A stretch of 64,000 nt of DNA from an uncultured Holophagales bacterium (GTDB lineage Bacteria; Acidobacteriota; Thermoanaerobaculia; Multivoradales; UBA5704), in NCBI GenBank assembly GCA_963842525.1, contig CAWJGT010000011.1, positions 128,001 through 192,000 of the forward strand, written 5' to 3'. The notes beneath the pieces are model-generated. The model saw only the letters and a program-made list of their open reading frames with translations. It ran no database searches and was not told the origin of the DNA. Below are positions 10,919-20,332 of the stretch, in pieces (positions within the stretch are counted from its first letter, which is position 1; every line of letters starts with the position of its first letter). Position numbers and translations under genes: made by a program.

Positions 10919-11379
10919 TCTTATACGACCGGGAACTGACGCAAGGGACTTCACACAACTCACGGCAAGTCACTGACTTGCCGTGAGTTGAGCCCTCCTT
11001 CCAGGACGCCTTATACCCGATTTTCCGCCGCAGATCGCTCCTTTGCACCAGTCCCAGTCGAGCTTCTCTGACGCATAAGAACTTCCCGTGTTCCTGAAAC
11101 ACGAAGCGCACGTAGCGTCAGATGCGAACTGCCCAACCTCCTTCGCTCGTCGAGCATGACGTAGTTGCGAATCTCGAGGCACAGGGTCACCAGAATACCG
11201 ATCCACGAGCCCTGGCGGTCTTGACGCGGATACTCAAGAGATGTAGGGTGGCTAAGTAGAAGAGGATAAGCACCTTGCACGCACGACACTCTGGGACCGG
11301 CCGTGGAGTCAACCCGCAAGGTTGTGTCGCATACGCCTGTGGACGGGGTGCCGGCGAATATGTGAGGCAGAGGTTAGCA
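10919..11379 (+). other. Conserved non-coding platform copy A (promoter + attI-like end)
   Basis: Colinear with 50785-51235 (blocks TCTTATAC, ATACCCGATT, TCTCTGACGCA, CCTTCGCTCGTC, GGTCTTGACGCGGATAC, GTTGTGTCGCATACGCC, TGTGAGGCAGAGGTT); hairpin 10956-10990; ends GTTAGCA at 11373. Confidence 0.75.
11221..11249 (+). promoter_or_regulatory. Sigma70-type promoter (Pc-like) in platform A
   Basis: TTGACG-N17-TAGGGT; same -35 and spacing in copies B and C. Confidence 0.7.
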
Positions 11380-11412
11380 GTCGGAAAACGCTCCGCCGAA
11401 GGAGTGCTTCAC

Positions 11413-11883
11413 ATGAGAAAGATAGTCCAGGGTATAGGCATCTACATAGCTATCGCAGGGGCCGGGATCGCTGTAAGTGGCGCACAAGGGAAAGAGATTG
11501 TCATGCCGGGCTTATCGTATGGCGATATACGCACGTCTGACTTTACTTTCAGGGAGGGCCCGGACGGAGAACTAATCGGACTGGGAGTTTTGATGGTGTC
11601 CATTGGGCTGGCGGCCATCATCATTCCTTCCGTTCGGCAGGGTTCGTGGCAAATTAGCGGCAGGGGCCTACTCTCGCGTTCGCCAGCCTTCCTCTGTTGG
11701 ATTCTAGGCGCGATAGGCATTCAGCTATCTGCAAAGGTGTTTGACGGATTCCCAGGCTATTTGTCAGCCGCTGCCGGCTTTGGGCTGATTGCGTTAGGAG
11801 CACGCCTTTTTGCTGAGGCAAAACGTGCGGAGTCACCATCTGCTACCTTGAAGCTGACAGGTCATTGTCGTATTTGGCGATGA
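11413..11883 (+). CDS. Cassette-like membrane protein, lower GC
   Basis: RBS AAGGAG, ATG 34 nt after the end of the GTTAGCA core; about four hydrophobic segments; 3' end runs into an oppositely oriented fragment. Confidence 0.6.
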   Translation: MRKIVQGIGIYIAIAGAGIAVSGAQGKEIVMPGLSYGDIRTSDFTFREGPDGELIGLGVLMVSIGLAAIIIPSVRQGSWQISGRGLLSRSPAFLCWILGAIGIQLSAKVFDGFPGYLSAAAGFGLIALGARLFAEAKRAESPSATLKLTGHCRIWR

Positions 11884-12095
11884 GGTGCCAATCCAGCACT
11901 TCGCCCGTGTACGCGTCTCTGCCGTTGCTTCGGAGAACGGCGGCATGTATGGCTTGTTTGTAGCTCGACTTGGTAACAGCGAGGTTGCCGCGCCCTCGGT
12001 CACGTCGGCAGTGGGCATGGGCCTTTCGGTCAAGCCAGCTCGGCAGCGGAGACCTGTGTGGTTACGAATCCGGGAGGGACGTACTTGGGAACCAT
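11843..12095 (-). pseudogene. Frameshifted, truncated cassette-type hypothetical gene (not in ORF track)
   Basis: Manual translation: MVPKYVPPGFVTTQVSAAE / WLDRKAHAHCRRDRGRGNLAVTKSSYKQAIHAAVLRSNGRDAYTGEVLDWHLIAKYDNDLSASR*; starts 44 nt downstream of the GTTAGCC core of copy D. Confidence 0.5.
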
Positions 12096-12138
12096 CGGGG
12101 TAGATTGCTACATTCGATAGCTATTATAGAGCACCTAA

Positions 12139-12309
12139 GGCTAACCTCACTTCTCCTCACTTCAAGGATTCACCGGCCCCACGCTTTCCAGTCTTACCCG
12201 TTGAAGTCTGCCGGTCCGTCCCACAGCGGAGGCGTTGGTGCCCTTTGGCAGTCCCGGCCGGCTGCCGATGCCCGACCTTACTTATATGAAGGGCGGGCTC
12301 CGGTGGCAA
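12139..12309 (-). other. Divergent/partial platform copy D
   Basis: + strand GGCTAACCTCACTTC(TCCTCACTTC)AAGGATTCACCGGC resembles reconstructed copy C GGCTAACCTCTACCTTAAAGATTCACCGGC; candidate TTGCCA-N17-TATAAG on - strand at 12309-12281. Confidence 0.45.
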
Positions 12310-12346
12310 CGTCGCCGCCTGGGACCCGCCCTCGAGGAGCGGACCC

Positions 12347-12619
12347 ATGCCCCGATGTCGTCTCCGCAGCGCCCTTCTCCTTCTGGCGATCCTTGTCCTC
12401 CTTCCCGGAGTCGCCGCCGCCCGGCCGGTTACTTCTGACTCCGGCGGCCCAGCCGCTCTACGCCCCCCCGCACTCTTCGCCGCCGTCCTTTCCCGCCTTG
12501 TCGACCTTGTCTCCTTCTTCTGGGCTGCCGACTCGGCGGACACGGGCATGTCCATCGACCACCACGGCCCGCCGGGAGAGACGGTCGACACGGGCATGAC
12601 GATCGACCCTCACGGCTAG
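12347..12619 (+). CDS. Small secreted peptide with two DTGMxIDxHG repeats
   Basis: RBS GAGGAG; signal peptide ending VAAA; 30-nt DNA repeat 12539-12568 / 12587-12616; stop directly after DPHG. Confidence 0.7.
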   Translation: MPRCRLRSALLLLAILVLLPGVAAARPVTSDSGGPAALRPPALFAAVLSRLVDLVSFFWAADSADTGMSIDHHGPPGETVDTGMTIDPHG

Positions 12620-12735
12620 CTGGCACGCTCGGGGACCGGAGCGCCGGAGCCGGTCTCCGAGGTTTCTGAATTGGGTGTCACAGAATCCCTTCCAGCGGCA
12701 ACTAAGTATCTAGAGATCGATGTGGAGGAGAGAGC

Positions 12736-13980
12736 ATGGAACATTCGCATCTGTCGCAGGAGACGCTCGCGAGGTGGCTGGCCGGCCGGCTGGAGCACGA
12801 GGCCGTGCTCAGCGAGGTCGTTCCTCACTTCCTGTCCAACTGCACCGTCTGCCGGGATCGGGTCGCAGAGATCCGCAAGCTCCAGGAGGAGGTCGGCCAC
12901 TGGGACGAGGAGGTGGCTGTCATCGAAGGGCAGGAGGCTCCCGAGCTGCTGAGGAGGATCGAGGATCAACCTTTCGCGGAGCAGGCCCGGCGAGCGGAGC
13001 AAGACGACGCCCTGCACACCTGGGGCCTGTGTCACCTTCTGCTGAAGAAGAGCCTCGACCGGATTTCGGACGAGCCTGCCAGGGCACTCGATCTGGCCGA
13101 TCTGGCCGTGCGGATCTCCCGGCACCTCGGCGAGGCCTATCATCCGGCCTGGGTGCTCGGTCTGCGGGCCCGAGCCTTTGCCTACCTCGCCAATGCCCGC
13201 CGGGTGCTCGGCGAGCTGCGCAGCTCCGAAGCGGCCTTCCGCAAGGCCGAGGCCTGTCTCGATCGCAGCGGGCTCGGGGACCCGGGGACCGAGGCCGAGA
13301 TCCTCGATATGAAGAGCTCGCTTCGACGTGAGGCCTTGGAGCTATCGGACCGTGCGCTCGCTCTATACCGGGAGGCCCGGGACACTCATGGGGTTGGTAT
13401 CGGTCTCCTCAAGAAAGGCAAGATCCTTGAGGAGGCCGGCGATCTGGGTCCGGCCGAATGGCTCCAGCAGAGCGCCGCCGAAATCGACGCTTCAGGCGAT
13501 CCTCGCCTTTCGACCTCTCTCCGGTACAACCTCGTGGGCTGCCTGACCCTGGCCGGCCGCCATTCCGAGGCGGAGCGGCTGCTGCCGGAGGTGCGGTCGT
13601 TGTTTCAGGAAACGGCGCAGCCCTTGGACTGGGTCCGGCTGCGGTGGGCCGAGGGGTCCATCGCCTGCGGGTTGGGGCGGACCGGGGAGGCCGAGCCCGC
13701 CTTCCGCGAGGTCCAGCGCGAGTTCCTGGACCGTGGCATGGACTACAACGCCGCCCTGGTCGCCCTCGATTTGGCTGGCCTCCTCGCCCACGAGGGGCGC
13801 ACCGCCGAGCTGAAGAGTCTCGCTGCCGAGCTTTTGCAGGCTTTCGAGATGCGGGAGATCTACCGCGAGGCGGCGGCTGTCTTTCTCCTTTTCCGTCAGG
13901 CGTGTGAGGAGGAGCGTTTCACCAACGAGCTCGCGCGTCACCTGGCCAGCCTGCTGCGCGAGCGGCGGAGGGACAGATAG
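12736..13980 (+). CDS. Helical-repeat (TPR-like) protein with N-terminal zf-HC2-like HxxxCxxC motif
   Basis: RBS GGAGGAG; 'HLSQETLARWL..HFLSNCTVC'; repeated 'ARAFAYLANARRVLGE..SEAAFRKA' helices. Confidence 0.75.
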   Translation: MEHSHLSQETLARWLAGRLEHEAVLSEVVPHFLSNCTVCRDRVAEIRKLQEEVGHWDEEVAVIEGQEAPELLRRIEDQPFAEQARRAEQDDALHTWGLCHLLLKKSLDRISDEPARALDLADLAVRISRHLGEAYHPAWVLGLRARAFAYLANARRVLGELRSSEAAFRKAEACLDRSGLGDPGTEAEILDMKSSLRREALELSDRALALYREARDTHGVGIGLLKKGKILEEAGDLGPAEWLQQSAAEIDASGDPRLSTSLRYNLVGCLTLAGRHSEAERLLPEVRSLFQETAQPLDWVRLRWAEGSIACGLGRTGEAEPAFREVQREFLDRGMDYNAALVALDLAGLLAHEGRTAELKSLAAELLQAFEMREIYREAAAVFLLFRQACEEERFTNELARHLASLLRERRRDR

Positions 13981-13994
13981 ACGTGCCCGCGAAC

Positions 13995-14424
13995 CAGCGT
14001 CACCTCACGCTGGAGCAGTGTCCCGAGACACTGGCTCAGCGTACGCTCCGCAAACCCAGCGTGAGCTCACGCTGGCACAGCGTGTCGAGACACTGGCCCA
14101 GCGCACGCTCCGCAAACTCAGCGTGAGCTCACGCTGGCGCAGCGTTCCGAGACACCGGCTCAGCGTGTGCTCCACAAACCCAGCGTGAGCTCACACTGGC
14201 GCAGCGTGTCGAGACACTGGCCCAGCGTGCGCTCCGCAAACCAGCGTCAGCTCACGCTGGCGTAGCGTCCCGAGACGCTGGCTCAGCGCACGCTCCGCAA
14301 ACCCAGCGTGAGCTCACGCTGGCGCAGCGTCCCGAGACACTGGCTCAGCGTCCCGAGACACTGGCTCAGCGTGCGCTCCGCAAAGCCAGCGTGCTGCTCC
14401 GCAAACCCAGCGTCAGCTCGCGCT
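13995..14424. repeat. Tandem array of ~62-bp units (three ~21-nt CAGCG-initiated subunits), about 6-7 copies
   Basis: Unit CAGCGTGAGCTCACGCTGGCG-CAGCGTCCCGAGACACTGGCT-CAGCGTGCGCTCCGCAAACC; no unique spacers. Confidence 0.9.
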
Positions 14425-14440
14425 TACGAGAGGTGCCCGG

Positions 14441-14962
14441 TCAGCTCTTGCTGAGCACAAAGTCGTCGAACTGCACTGTGAAACCGGGCTCCCCGCTGCA
14501 CGCGGGGCGAAGCTGAATGGACTTTGCCGCGTCGGATGTCGTGGCAGAACCGTCGAGTGCTGCCCAGTCCGCGGCCGGTGGCCCAGCAGCCGAGCCGAGC
14601 GGCTCCTCGCCTTCCGTGCATTTCTCGTCAGAGTACTGAAAGACATTGACCGAACAGAAGTACGATGTACCCACGGTGCTCCGGAGCCGAGCGCCAATGC
14701 GGTACCGCGTCTTTGCCTGTGCTGCGACACAGGGGCCGAGGATGGTCAGGCTGCCTCCGGAATTGGCAACAGCCTTCAGGACGCCATGGTCGGCTGGGTC
14801 TTGAGACAGCGAAGCGGAGGGAACTGCCGTCCAGCCCTTCGCGTCCTTGTCGAAGCCGCAGTTGCTTGCAGCTAGAAGGTTCCCGGCCGAATCGTGGCAG
14901 CTTGCGGCGGCCGGCGCAGCTCCGAGCATGCTCAGCAGGACGAGAGCGTTCAGAGAACGCAT
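14441..14962 (-). CDS. Secreted Cys-containing hypothetical protein (carbohydrate-binding-like fold possible)
   Basis: RBS AAGGAGG; signal peptide; 'GNLL..NCGFD..GW' start and 'FDDF' end. Confidence 0.6.
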   Translation of the reverse strand: MRSLNALVLLSMLGAAPAAASCHDSAGNLLAASNCGFDKDAKGWTAVPSASLSQDPADHGVLKAVANSGGSLTILGPCVAAQAKTRYRIGARLRSTVGTSYFCSVNVFQYSDEKCTEGEEPLGSAAGPPAADWAALDGSATTSDAAKSIQLRPACSGEPGFTVQFDDFVLSKS

Positions 14963-15162
14963 GATCCGCCTCCTTTTAGTTCGCAAGGCCCGTGGCGTGT
15001 GCAACATAGCATGCCGATTGGCCGCCTGCGGGGCACCGGCTCTGGCACACGCCTTGCTTGAGAGCCAGCCAGCCGGACGAGCATCCCAGGTCGTCTCCGC
15101 GAGGTTCGCGCTGGCGTATCGGGAGGGGACGCCGCTCCGGTTCAAGAAGGAGGAAAACCCTC

Positions 15163-15327
15163 ATGCTCAGGTGGGCCCTGATTTTTCTGGTCGTCGCGCT
15201 GGTCGCCGCTCTGGTCGGTTTCGGCGGTATCGCGTCGGGCGCGGCGGGCATCGCCAAGATCTTGTTCGTGCTGTTCCTCGTCGTCTTCGTCGTCTCGCTG
15301 GTCCTCGGGCTGGTGCGGCGGGCGTGA
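15163..15327 (+). CDS. DUF1328 (YtjA-like) small membrane protein
   Basis: '[35 protein letters not shown]'. Confidence 0.9.
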   Translation: MLRWALIFLVVALVAALVGFGGIASGAAGIAKILFVLFLVVFVVSLVLGLVRRA

Positions 15328-15408
15328 AGGAAGGCGCGGACCCAGCCGGGGTCCCGCGCCGTAGAATGACATCCGGAGCCGCCCGCCGGTCCTCATGAGG
15401 AGCCCGCC

Positions 15409-16575
15409 GTGGAGGCGGCCATGAGGTCCATGATGCTCGAGCCTTTCCGGCGGGAGCGGCGGTCCGAAGAAGAGGAAGAAGGGCAGTTCCCGCGCCCGAA
15501 TATCCGCCGCTTGCGGGACCTCATCCAGGCGCCGTTCGGCATCCGGTCGCTGGCGCTGACCGGCCTCTTCGTCCTCGCCGCCTTCTATACCCTGTTTCTC
15601 GCGCGCTCCTTCATCCTGCCGATCATCCTCGCCCTGCTGCTCAATTTCCTGCTCAGCCCGGTGGTGCGGGGTCTCAAGAACCGGCTCCGTATCCCGGAGG
15701 GGCTGGGAGCGGCGCTGGTCGTCTTCGGTTTTCTCGGCTCCCTGGGCTGGGGCATCTACGAGCTCTCGGGCCCCGCGTACGAGTGGGCCCAGAAAGCGCC
15801 GCAGCAGATCCGGCGCCTGGAGCGCAAGCTGGCCGAGTTCAAGAAGCCCGTCCAGACGATGAGCAAGGCGACCCAGCAGGTGGAGAAGATGACCGAGGTG
15901 GGGGGCGGCCCCGCGACGCGCAAGGTGGAAGTGCAGACCGAGACCTTCGGCGAGCGGATGTTCAGCCAGGCCACCGAGCTGGTCGCCGGAGGTGTGGTGA
16001 TGTTCATCCTCCTCTTCTTCCTGCTCGCCTCGGGGGACCTCTTCCTGCGCAAGCTCATCCGGGTGCTCCCCAGGCTGGCGGACAAGAAGCGGGCGGTGGA
16101 GATCGCCCGCCAGATCGAGAGCGATGTTTCCACGTATCTGGTGACCATCACCATCATCAACGTCGGCCTCGGGCTCGCCACCTGGGGGCTTCTGGCGTTG
16201 CTCGGCGTGCCCAACCCGCTGCTCTGGGGTGTCCTGGCCACGGTGACGAACTACATCCCTTATCTGGGTGCGCTGATCATGTACGCGGTGCTTGCCATGG
16301 TCGGCTTCCTCACCTTCGACACGCTCGGCCAGTCGCTCCTGGTGCCGGGAGTCTTCGCCGGGTTGAACCTCCTGGAGAGCTATCTGGTCACGCCGATGGT
16401 GCTGGGCCGGCGGTTGACGCTCAATCCGGTGGTGATCTTCCTCGGCCTGACGTTCTGGGGATGGCTGTGGGGGATCACGGGCGCGCTGCTCGCCGTGCCC
16501 ATCATGGTGGTGGTCAAGATCATCTGCGACCACAGCGAGCCGCTGGCGCCGATCGGCGAGTTCCTGGGGGATTGA
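15409..16575 (+). CDS. AI-2E family transporter
   Basis: Multi-TM; 'NYIPYLG', 'ESYLVTPMVLGRRLTLNP', 'FWGWLWGITGALLAVP'. Confidence 0.9.
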   Translation: MEAAMRSMMLEPFRRERRSEEEEEGQFPRPNIRRLRDLIQAPFGIRSLALTGLFVLAAFYTLFLARSFILPIILALLLNFLLSPVVRGLKNRLRIPEGLGAALVVFGFLGSLGWGIYELSGPAYEWAQKAPQQIRRLERKLAEFKKPVQTMSKATQQVEKMTEVGGGPATRKVEVQTETFGERMFSQATELVAGGVVMFILLFFLLASGDLFLRKLIRVLPRLADKKRAVEIARQIESDVSTYLVTITIINVGLGLATWGLLALLGVPNPLLWGVLATVTNYIPYLGALIMYAVLAMVGFLTFDTLGQSLLVPGVFAGLNLLESYLVTPMVLGRRLTLNPVVIFLGLTFWGWLWGITGALLAVPIMVVVKIICDHSEPLAPIGEFLGD

Positions 16576-16737
16576 TGCCCCCGGAGCAAACTGCCTGATC
16601 TACGTCCCCTTCTCCTGAGGCGGTGAGGTTTTGTCCCGTTCTTCCCCGGCTCGTGCGTCCCTTTCTTATGGAAGAATAGACCGTCGCGCGAGAAGCAACC
16701 CGCTCATCCACCCGACCAGTTCGAAAGGAGAGTGCTC

Positions 16738-18537
16738 ATGTCGTCAGCTCGTTCTCCCGAACCTGAAGGAGGCCGGACCGACCGTACCGATGCCGAAGAG
16801 GTGAGCCGCAGGACCTTCCTGCGCCTCGGCGCTCTCGCGGGCGCCGGGGCGTCGCTCGCAGGCCTGGGCACCGCCGCGGCGAGCGCCGCCGGGGTGGGGG
16901 GGCAGAGCGCACCGGCGGAGGCCCTGGAAGAGGCGACCATCGCGCAGATGGTGGCCGACATGGAGGCGGGCCGGCTGACGTCCGCCGAGCTCACCGACTT
17001 CTATCTCGACCGCATCGAGTCGCTCGACCAGCGCGGCCCGACCGTCAACTCGGTCCTGCAGCTCAATCCCCAGGCGCTGCAGCTCGCCCGCAACCGTGAC
17101 AAGGAGCGCCGGGCGGGCAACGTCCGCGGGCCTCTCCACGGCATCCCGATCCTGGTCAAGGACAACATCGACACGGCGGACCAGATGATGACCACGGCCG
17201 GCTCGCTCGCCCTGGTCGGCGCCTCCGCTCCGCAGGACTCCACGGTCGCCCGCCGGCTCAAGCAGGCCGGCGCGATCATCCTCGGCAAGGCCAACCTGAG
17301 CGAGTGGGCCAACTTCCGCGGCTTCAGCTCGTCGAGCGGCTGGAGCGGCGCGGGCGGCCAGACGCGCAACCCGTACGTCCTCGACCGCAACCCCTGCGGC
17401 TCGAGCTCGGGCTCGGCGGCGGCCGCGTCGGCCAACTTCGCGGCGGCCGCCCTGGCCACCGAGACCGACGGCTCCATCGTCTGCCCCGCGCACATCTGCG
17501 GCATCGCCGGCATCAAGCCTACCGTCGGCCTGACCAGCCGGGCCGGCGTCATTCCCATCTCGCACACCCAGGACACCGTCGGAGTGCACGGCCGCACGGT
17601 GGCCGATGCGGCGGCTGTGCTCGGCTCGCTCACCGGGGTCGACCCCCGCGACCCGGCGACGCAGAGGAGCGCCGGGAGGTTCCACACCGACTACACCCCG
17701 TTCGTCGATCCCGACGGCCTGCAGGGGGCGCGCATCGGCGTGGCCCGCGGCGGCGGCTTCACCGGCTACAGCGAGGAGACCGACGCCATCTTCGAGGCGG
17801 CCCTGGAGGCGATGGCCGATGCCGGAGCGATCGTCGTCGATCCGGCCGAGATCCCGACCATCGACGAGCTCAACGCCAGCTCGTTCGAGATCATCGTCCT
17901 GATCTACGAGTTCAAGCGCGACCTGAACGCCTATCTGGCCACCCGCACGGGCGTGCCGGTCCACACCCTGGCCGACGTCATCGAGTTCAACAACGACCAC
18001 GCCGCCCAGGAGCTCAAGTGGTTCGGCCAGGAATTCCTGATCCTCGCCGAGCAGGAGATCTTCACCGAGCAGGAATACCTGGAGGCCCTGGAGGCCGGCC
18101 CGCGGCTCGCCGGTCCCGAGGGGATCGACGCCGTCCTCGCCGAGCACAACCTGGATGCTCTGGTCGCTCCTACCGGCTCGCCGGCCTGGCCGATCGACCT
18201 GGTCAACGGCGACCATTTCCTGGGCGCCAGCTCCGGGCCTGCTGCGGTCGCCGGCTATCCGCTCATCACCGTCAACGCCGGCTTCGCTCACGGCATCCTG
18301 CCCGTGGGCATCAGCTTCATGGGGACGGCCTTCAGCGAGCCGGACCTCATCAAGGTGGCTTCGGGCTTCGAGCACGCCATCGACGCCCGGCGCGCGCCGA
18401 GGTTCCTGAAGACCATGCCGCTCGACGGCCCGAGCGGCGCCCACCGGATCGAGGCGTCCAAGGCGCGGCTGGAGCGCATGATCGACGGGCTGACCAAGGC
18501 CAAGGCCGCTCCGCTGCGGCGGGTCTTCGGACTGTAG
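16738..18537 (+). CDS. Tat-exported amidase-signature family amidase
   Basis: 'SRRTFLR' Tat motif; 'GPLHGIPILVKDNI', 'GKANLSEWAN', 'CGSSSGS', 'TETDGSIVCPA'. Confidence 0.92.
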   Translation: MSSARSPEPEGGRTDRTDAEEVSRRTFLRLGALAGAGASLAGLGTAAASAAGVGGQSAPAEALEEATIAQMVADMEAGRLTSAELTDFYLDRIESLDQRGPTVNSVLQLNPQALQLARNRDKERRAGNVRGPLHGIPILVKDNIDTADQMMTTAGSLALVGASAPQDSTVARRLKQAGAIILGKANLSEWANFRGFSSSSGWSGAGGQTRNPYVLDRNPCGSSSGSAAAASANFAAAALATETDGSIVCPAHICGIAGIKPTVGLTSRAGVIPISHTQDTVGVHGRTVADAAAVLGSLTGVDPRDPATQRSAGRFHTDYTPFVDPDGLQGARIGVARGGGFTGYSEETDAIFEAALEAMADAGAIVVDPAEIPTIDELNASSFEIIVLIYEFKRDLNAYLATRTGVPVHTLADVIEFNNDHAAQELKWFGQEFLILAEQEIFTEQEYLEALEAGPRLAGPEGIDAVLAEHNLDALVAPTGSPAWPIDLVNGDHFLGASSGPAAVAGYPLITVNAGFAHGILPVGISFMGTAFSEPDLIKVASGFEHAIDARRAPRFLKTMPLDGPSGAHRIEASKARLERMIDGLTKAKAAPLRRVFGL

Positions 18538-18643
18538 GAATTCCTCGGGGCGCCTCCTCGGGGGCGCCCCTCATCCCCTGCTCATCCTCCCTGTTTTCAG
18601 GCTTTCCCGCCGGGGCCGCTATACTCTGCCTCTGGATTCACTC

Positions 18644-20329
18644 ATGGAAGACGATTTTTGGCTGGCGCTGTCCGACGGGCTGTTCGAGGAACCGGACGAA
18701 GCCGCGCCGGGCACGCCCACCCATGCCGTGCCGGCGAGCCCGGCGGCGATCCTGGCGCGGGTCGGGTCGGTGAAGACGAGCGTCTACCGCCACGTCCGGG
18801 AGTGCCTCGACGAGCTCGAGCGGATCGCTCCCTGGCGGCCGCTCTACTACCCGCCGGAAGACCCGGCGGAGCTGGTCGCCCTGGTCTGCTCCCTGCTCGA
18901 CTTCATCCGCGGCATCCCGAAGCGGGTCGAGGCGCTGCTGCGCACGATCCCGCCGAGCGAGGGCGCCGGCGACGAGCCGGGCCGGGAGGACGTCGGCTTC
19001 CTCTTCCACGGCCTCCACCGCATGGTGGCGCACGAGCTCAAGCGGATCGAGGCCAACGTGGCGCCGTTCCGGAGCGGGCCGGCCGTGCCATCCGCCGTCG
19101 AGGGCCAGCTCCTCTGCGAGCTGTGCGCCGACCTCAAGGGGAAGTACACGAGCGCCCTGATGGGCGCCGCCGCGAGCCTCGTCGGCCAGGGGCTGTGGAA
19201 CGGGGTCGAGCTGGAGCCGGTGCTCTTCCCCGAAAAAGCCGAGGAGTTCCGCTGCACCCGCGAGCTCGTGGACTCGCTCAAGGACGTGCTCGCGGCCATC
19301 CGCCACCTGCCCGAGCAGGTCCCCTTCGCCGAGCTGCGGGAGCGCTGGAGCCAGGGCCAGCGGGTCGACCAGTATGCACTGGCCGACCTTCCGAGCCTGC
19401 GCGGCAAGCTGGGTTGCCTGCTGCGGGAGAGGAGCCGGCGGGCCCTCTACTCGGGCGATTACCACCAGATCAGCCGGCGCGAGGTCCAATTGAGCGGGCG
19501 CGCCAACGAGCTGGAGCGCCTCCACCAGCAGACCTGGGAAGCAACCAGCGCGGGAGTCCCACAGGATCCGGCGCCGGTCTATGCCCGGCTGGCGCAGCTC
19601 ACGTTGGAGATCGCCGCCATCCTGGACGTGACGATCCTCAAGACGATGATCGGGGAGAGGAAGGTCAACGACCTGCGGGCGCGAATCGCCATGATGAAGG
19701 GGCGGCCCGCCGCCGCCGCCGAGGGTCCCGAAGCGCTCCTCCCCCTGCTGGCCGAGGACGACCTGCGGATCTTCTTCGAGCTCCTCCTCGGCAACGTGCT
19801 CCGCCGCGCCTCGCTCAGCGTGTCCACATCGGCGGAGCCCGAGGCGGCTCCGGCTCCAGCACCTGCACCGGTCAAGCCGCCGGCTCCGAAGCCGGCACCG
19901 AAGCCAGCCGCGCCGCCCCTGCCTCCGCCGGCCAGGCCCAAGGCGGCCGACCGGCCGGACCTGGTCCCTGCCTTGCGCCGGTCCCATGAGGTCCTGGCCG
20001 AGCTGCTGGCCGCGACCAATCCGCATCTGAGCGCCTTCCGGCTGACGCAACGTCTGTTGGACAAGCACGCGCGCATCCCGGGCGCCATGTTCGAGTCGAT
20101 CCACCCCTACCTGGAGGAGATCCGCGGCAAGCTCGTGCACGTGCTCCGCCGCATCGCCCCGTACGAGGGCGTCACCGACGAGTCGATCGACCGGCTGGAC
20201 GGCTACTGCTACGACCTCCTCCACGCCGACCCCTCCCTCGCACCTCTGCGAGAGGAGATCGCCAAGAAGATGGAGCGCCTCCTGCGTTTCCTCGAAGCGG
20301 TCCGCGCCGCCCTCCCCAATCCGGGGTGA
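18644..20329 (+). CDS. Hypothetical all-helical protein with Pro/Ala linker
   Basis: 561-aa ORF with host-like codon usage; no motif recognised. Confidence 0.65.
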   Translation: MEDDFWLALSDGLFEEPDEAAPGTPTHAVPASPAAILARVGSVKTSVYRHVRECLDELERIAPWRPLYYPPEDPAELVALVCSLLDFIRGIPKRVEALLRTIPPSEGAGDEPGREDVGFLFHGLHRMVAHELKRIEANVAPFRSGPAVPSAVEGQLLCELCADLKGKYTSALMGAAASLVGQGLWNGVELEPVLFPEKAEEFRCTRELVDSLKDVLAAIRHLPEQVPFAELRERWSQGQRVDQYALADLPSLRGKLGCLLRERSRRALYSGDYHQISRREVQLSGRANELERLHQQTWEATSAGVPQDPAPVYARLAQLTLEIAAILDVTILKTMIGERKVNDLRARIAMMKGRPAAAAEGPEALLPLLAEDDLRIFFELLLGNVLRRASLSVSTSAEPEAAPAPAPAPVKPPAPKPAPKPAAPPLPPPARPKAADRPDLVPALRRSHEVLAELLAATNPHLSAFRLTQRLLDKHARIPGAMFESIHPYLEEIRGKLVHVLRRIAPYEGVTDESIDRLDGYCYDLLHADPSLAPLREEIAKKMERLLRFLEAVRAALPNPG

Positions 20330-20332
20330 GGA

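Noticed and set aside
10919-11379. Platform element as a protein-coding gene or intI 5' remnant
   Set aside because: Short - strand stretches look codon-conserved (FLCVRE/FFCVRE, YPRQD), but frames break differently in each copy and nothing resembles IntI; a decayed gene is not fully excluded.
11306-11379. Platform 3' end as an ordinary attC (AGTCAAC...GTTAGCA)
   Set aside because: Lacks the paired L boxes and extrahelical bases seen in the true attC sites, and the AAC box is not evident in copy C.
13995-14424. CRISPR array (also 25180-25435, 50327-50700)
   Set aside because: Units are contiguous with no unique spacers; no cas genes.
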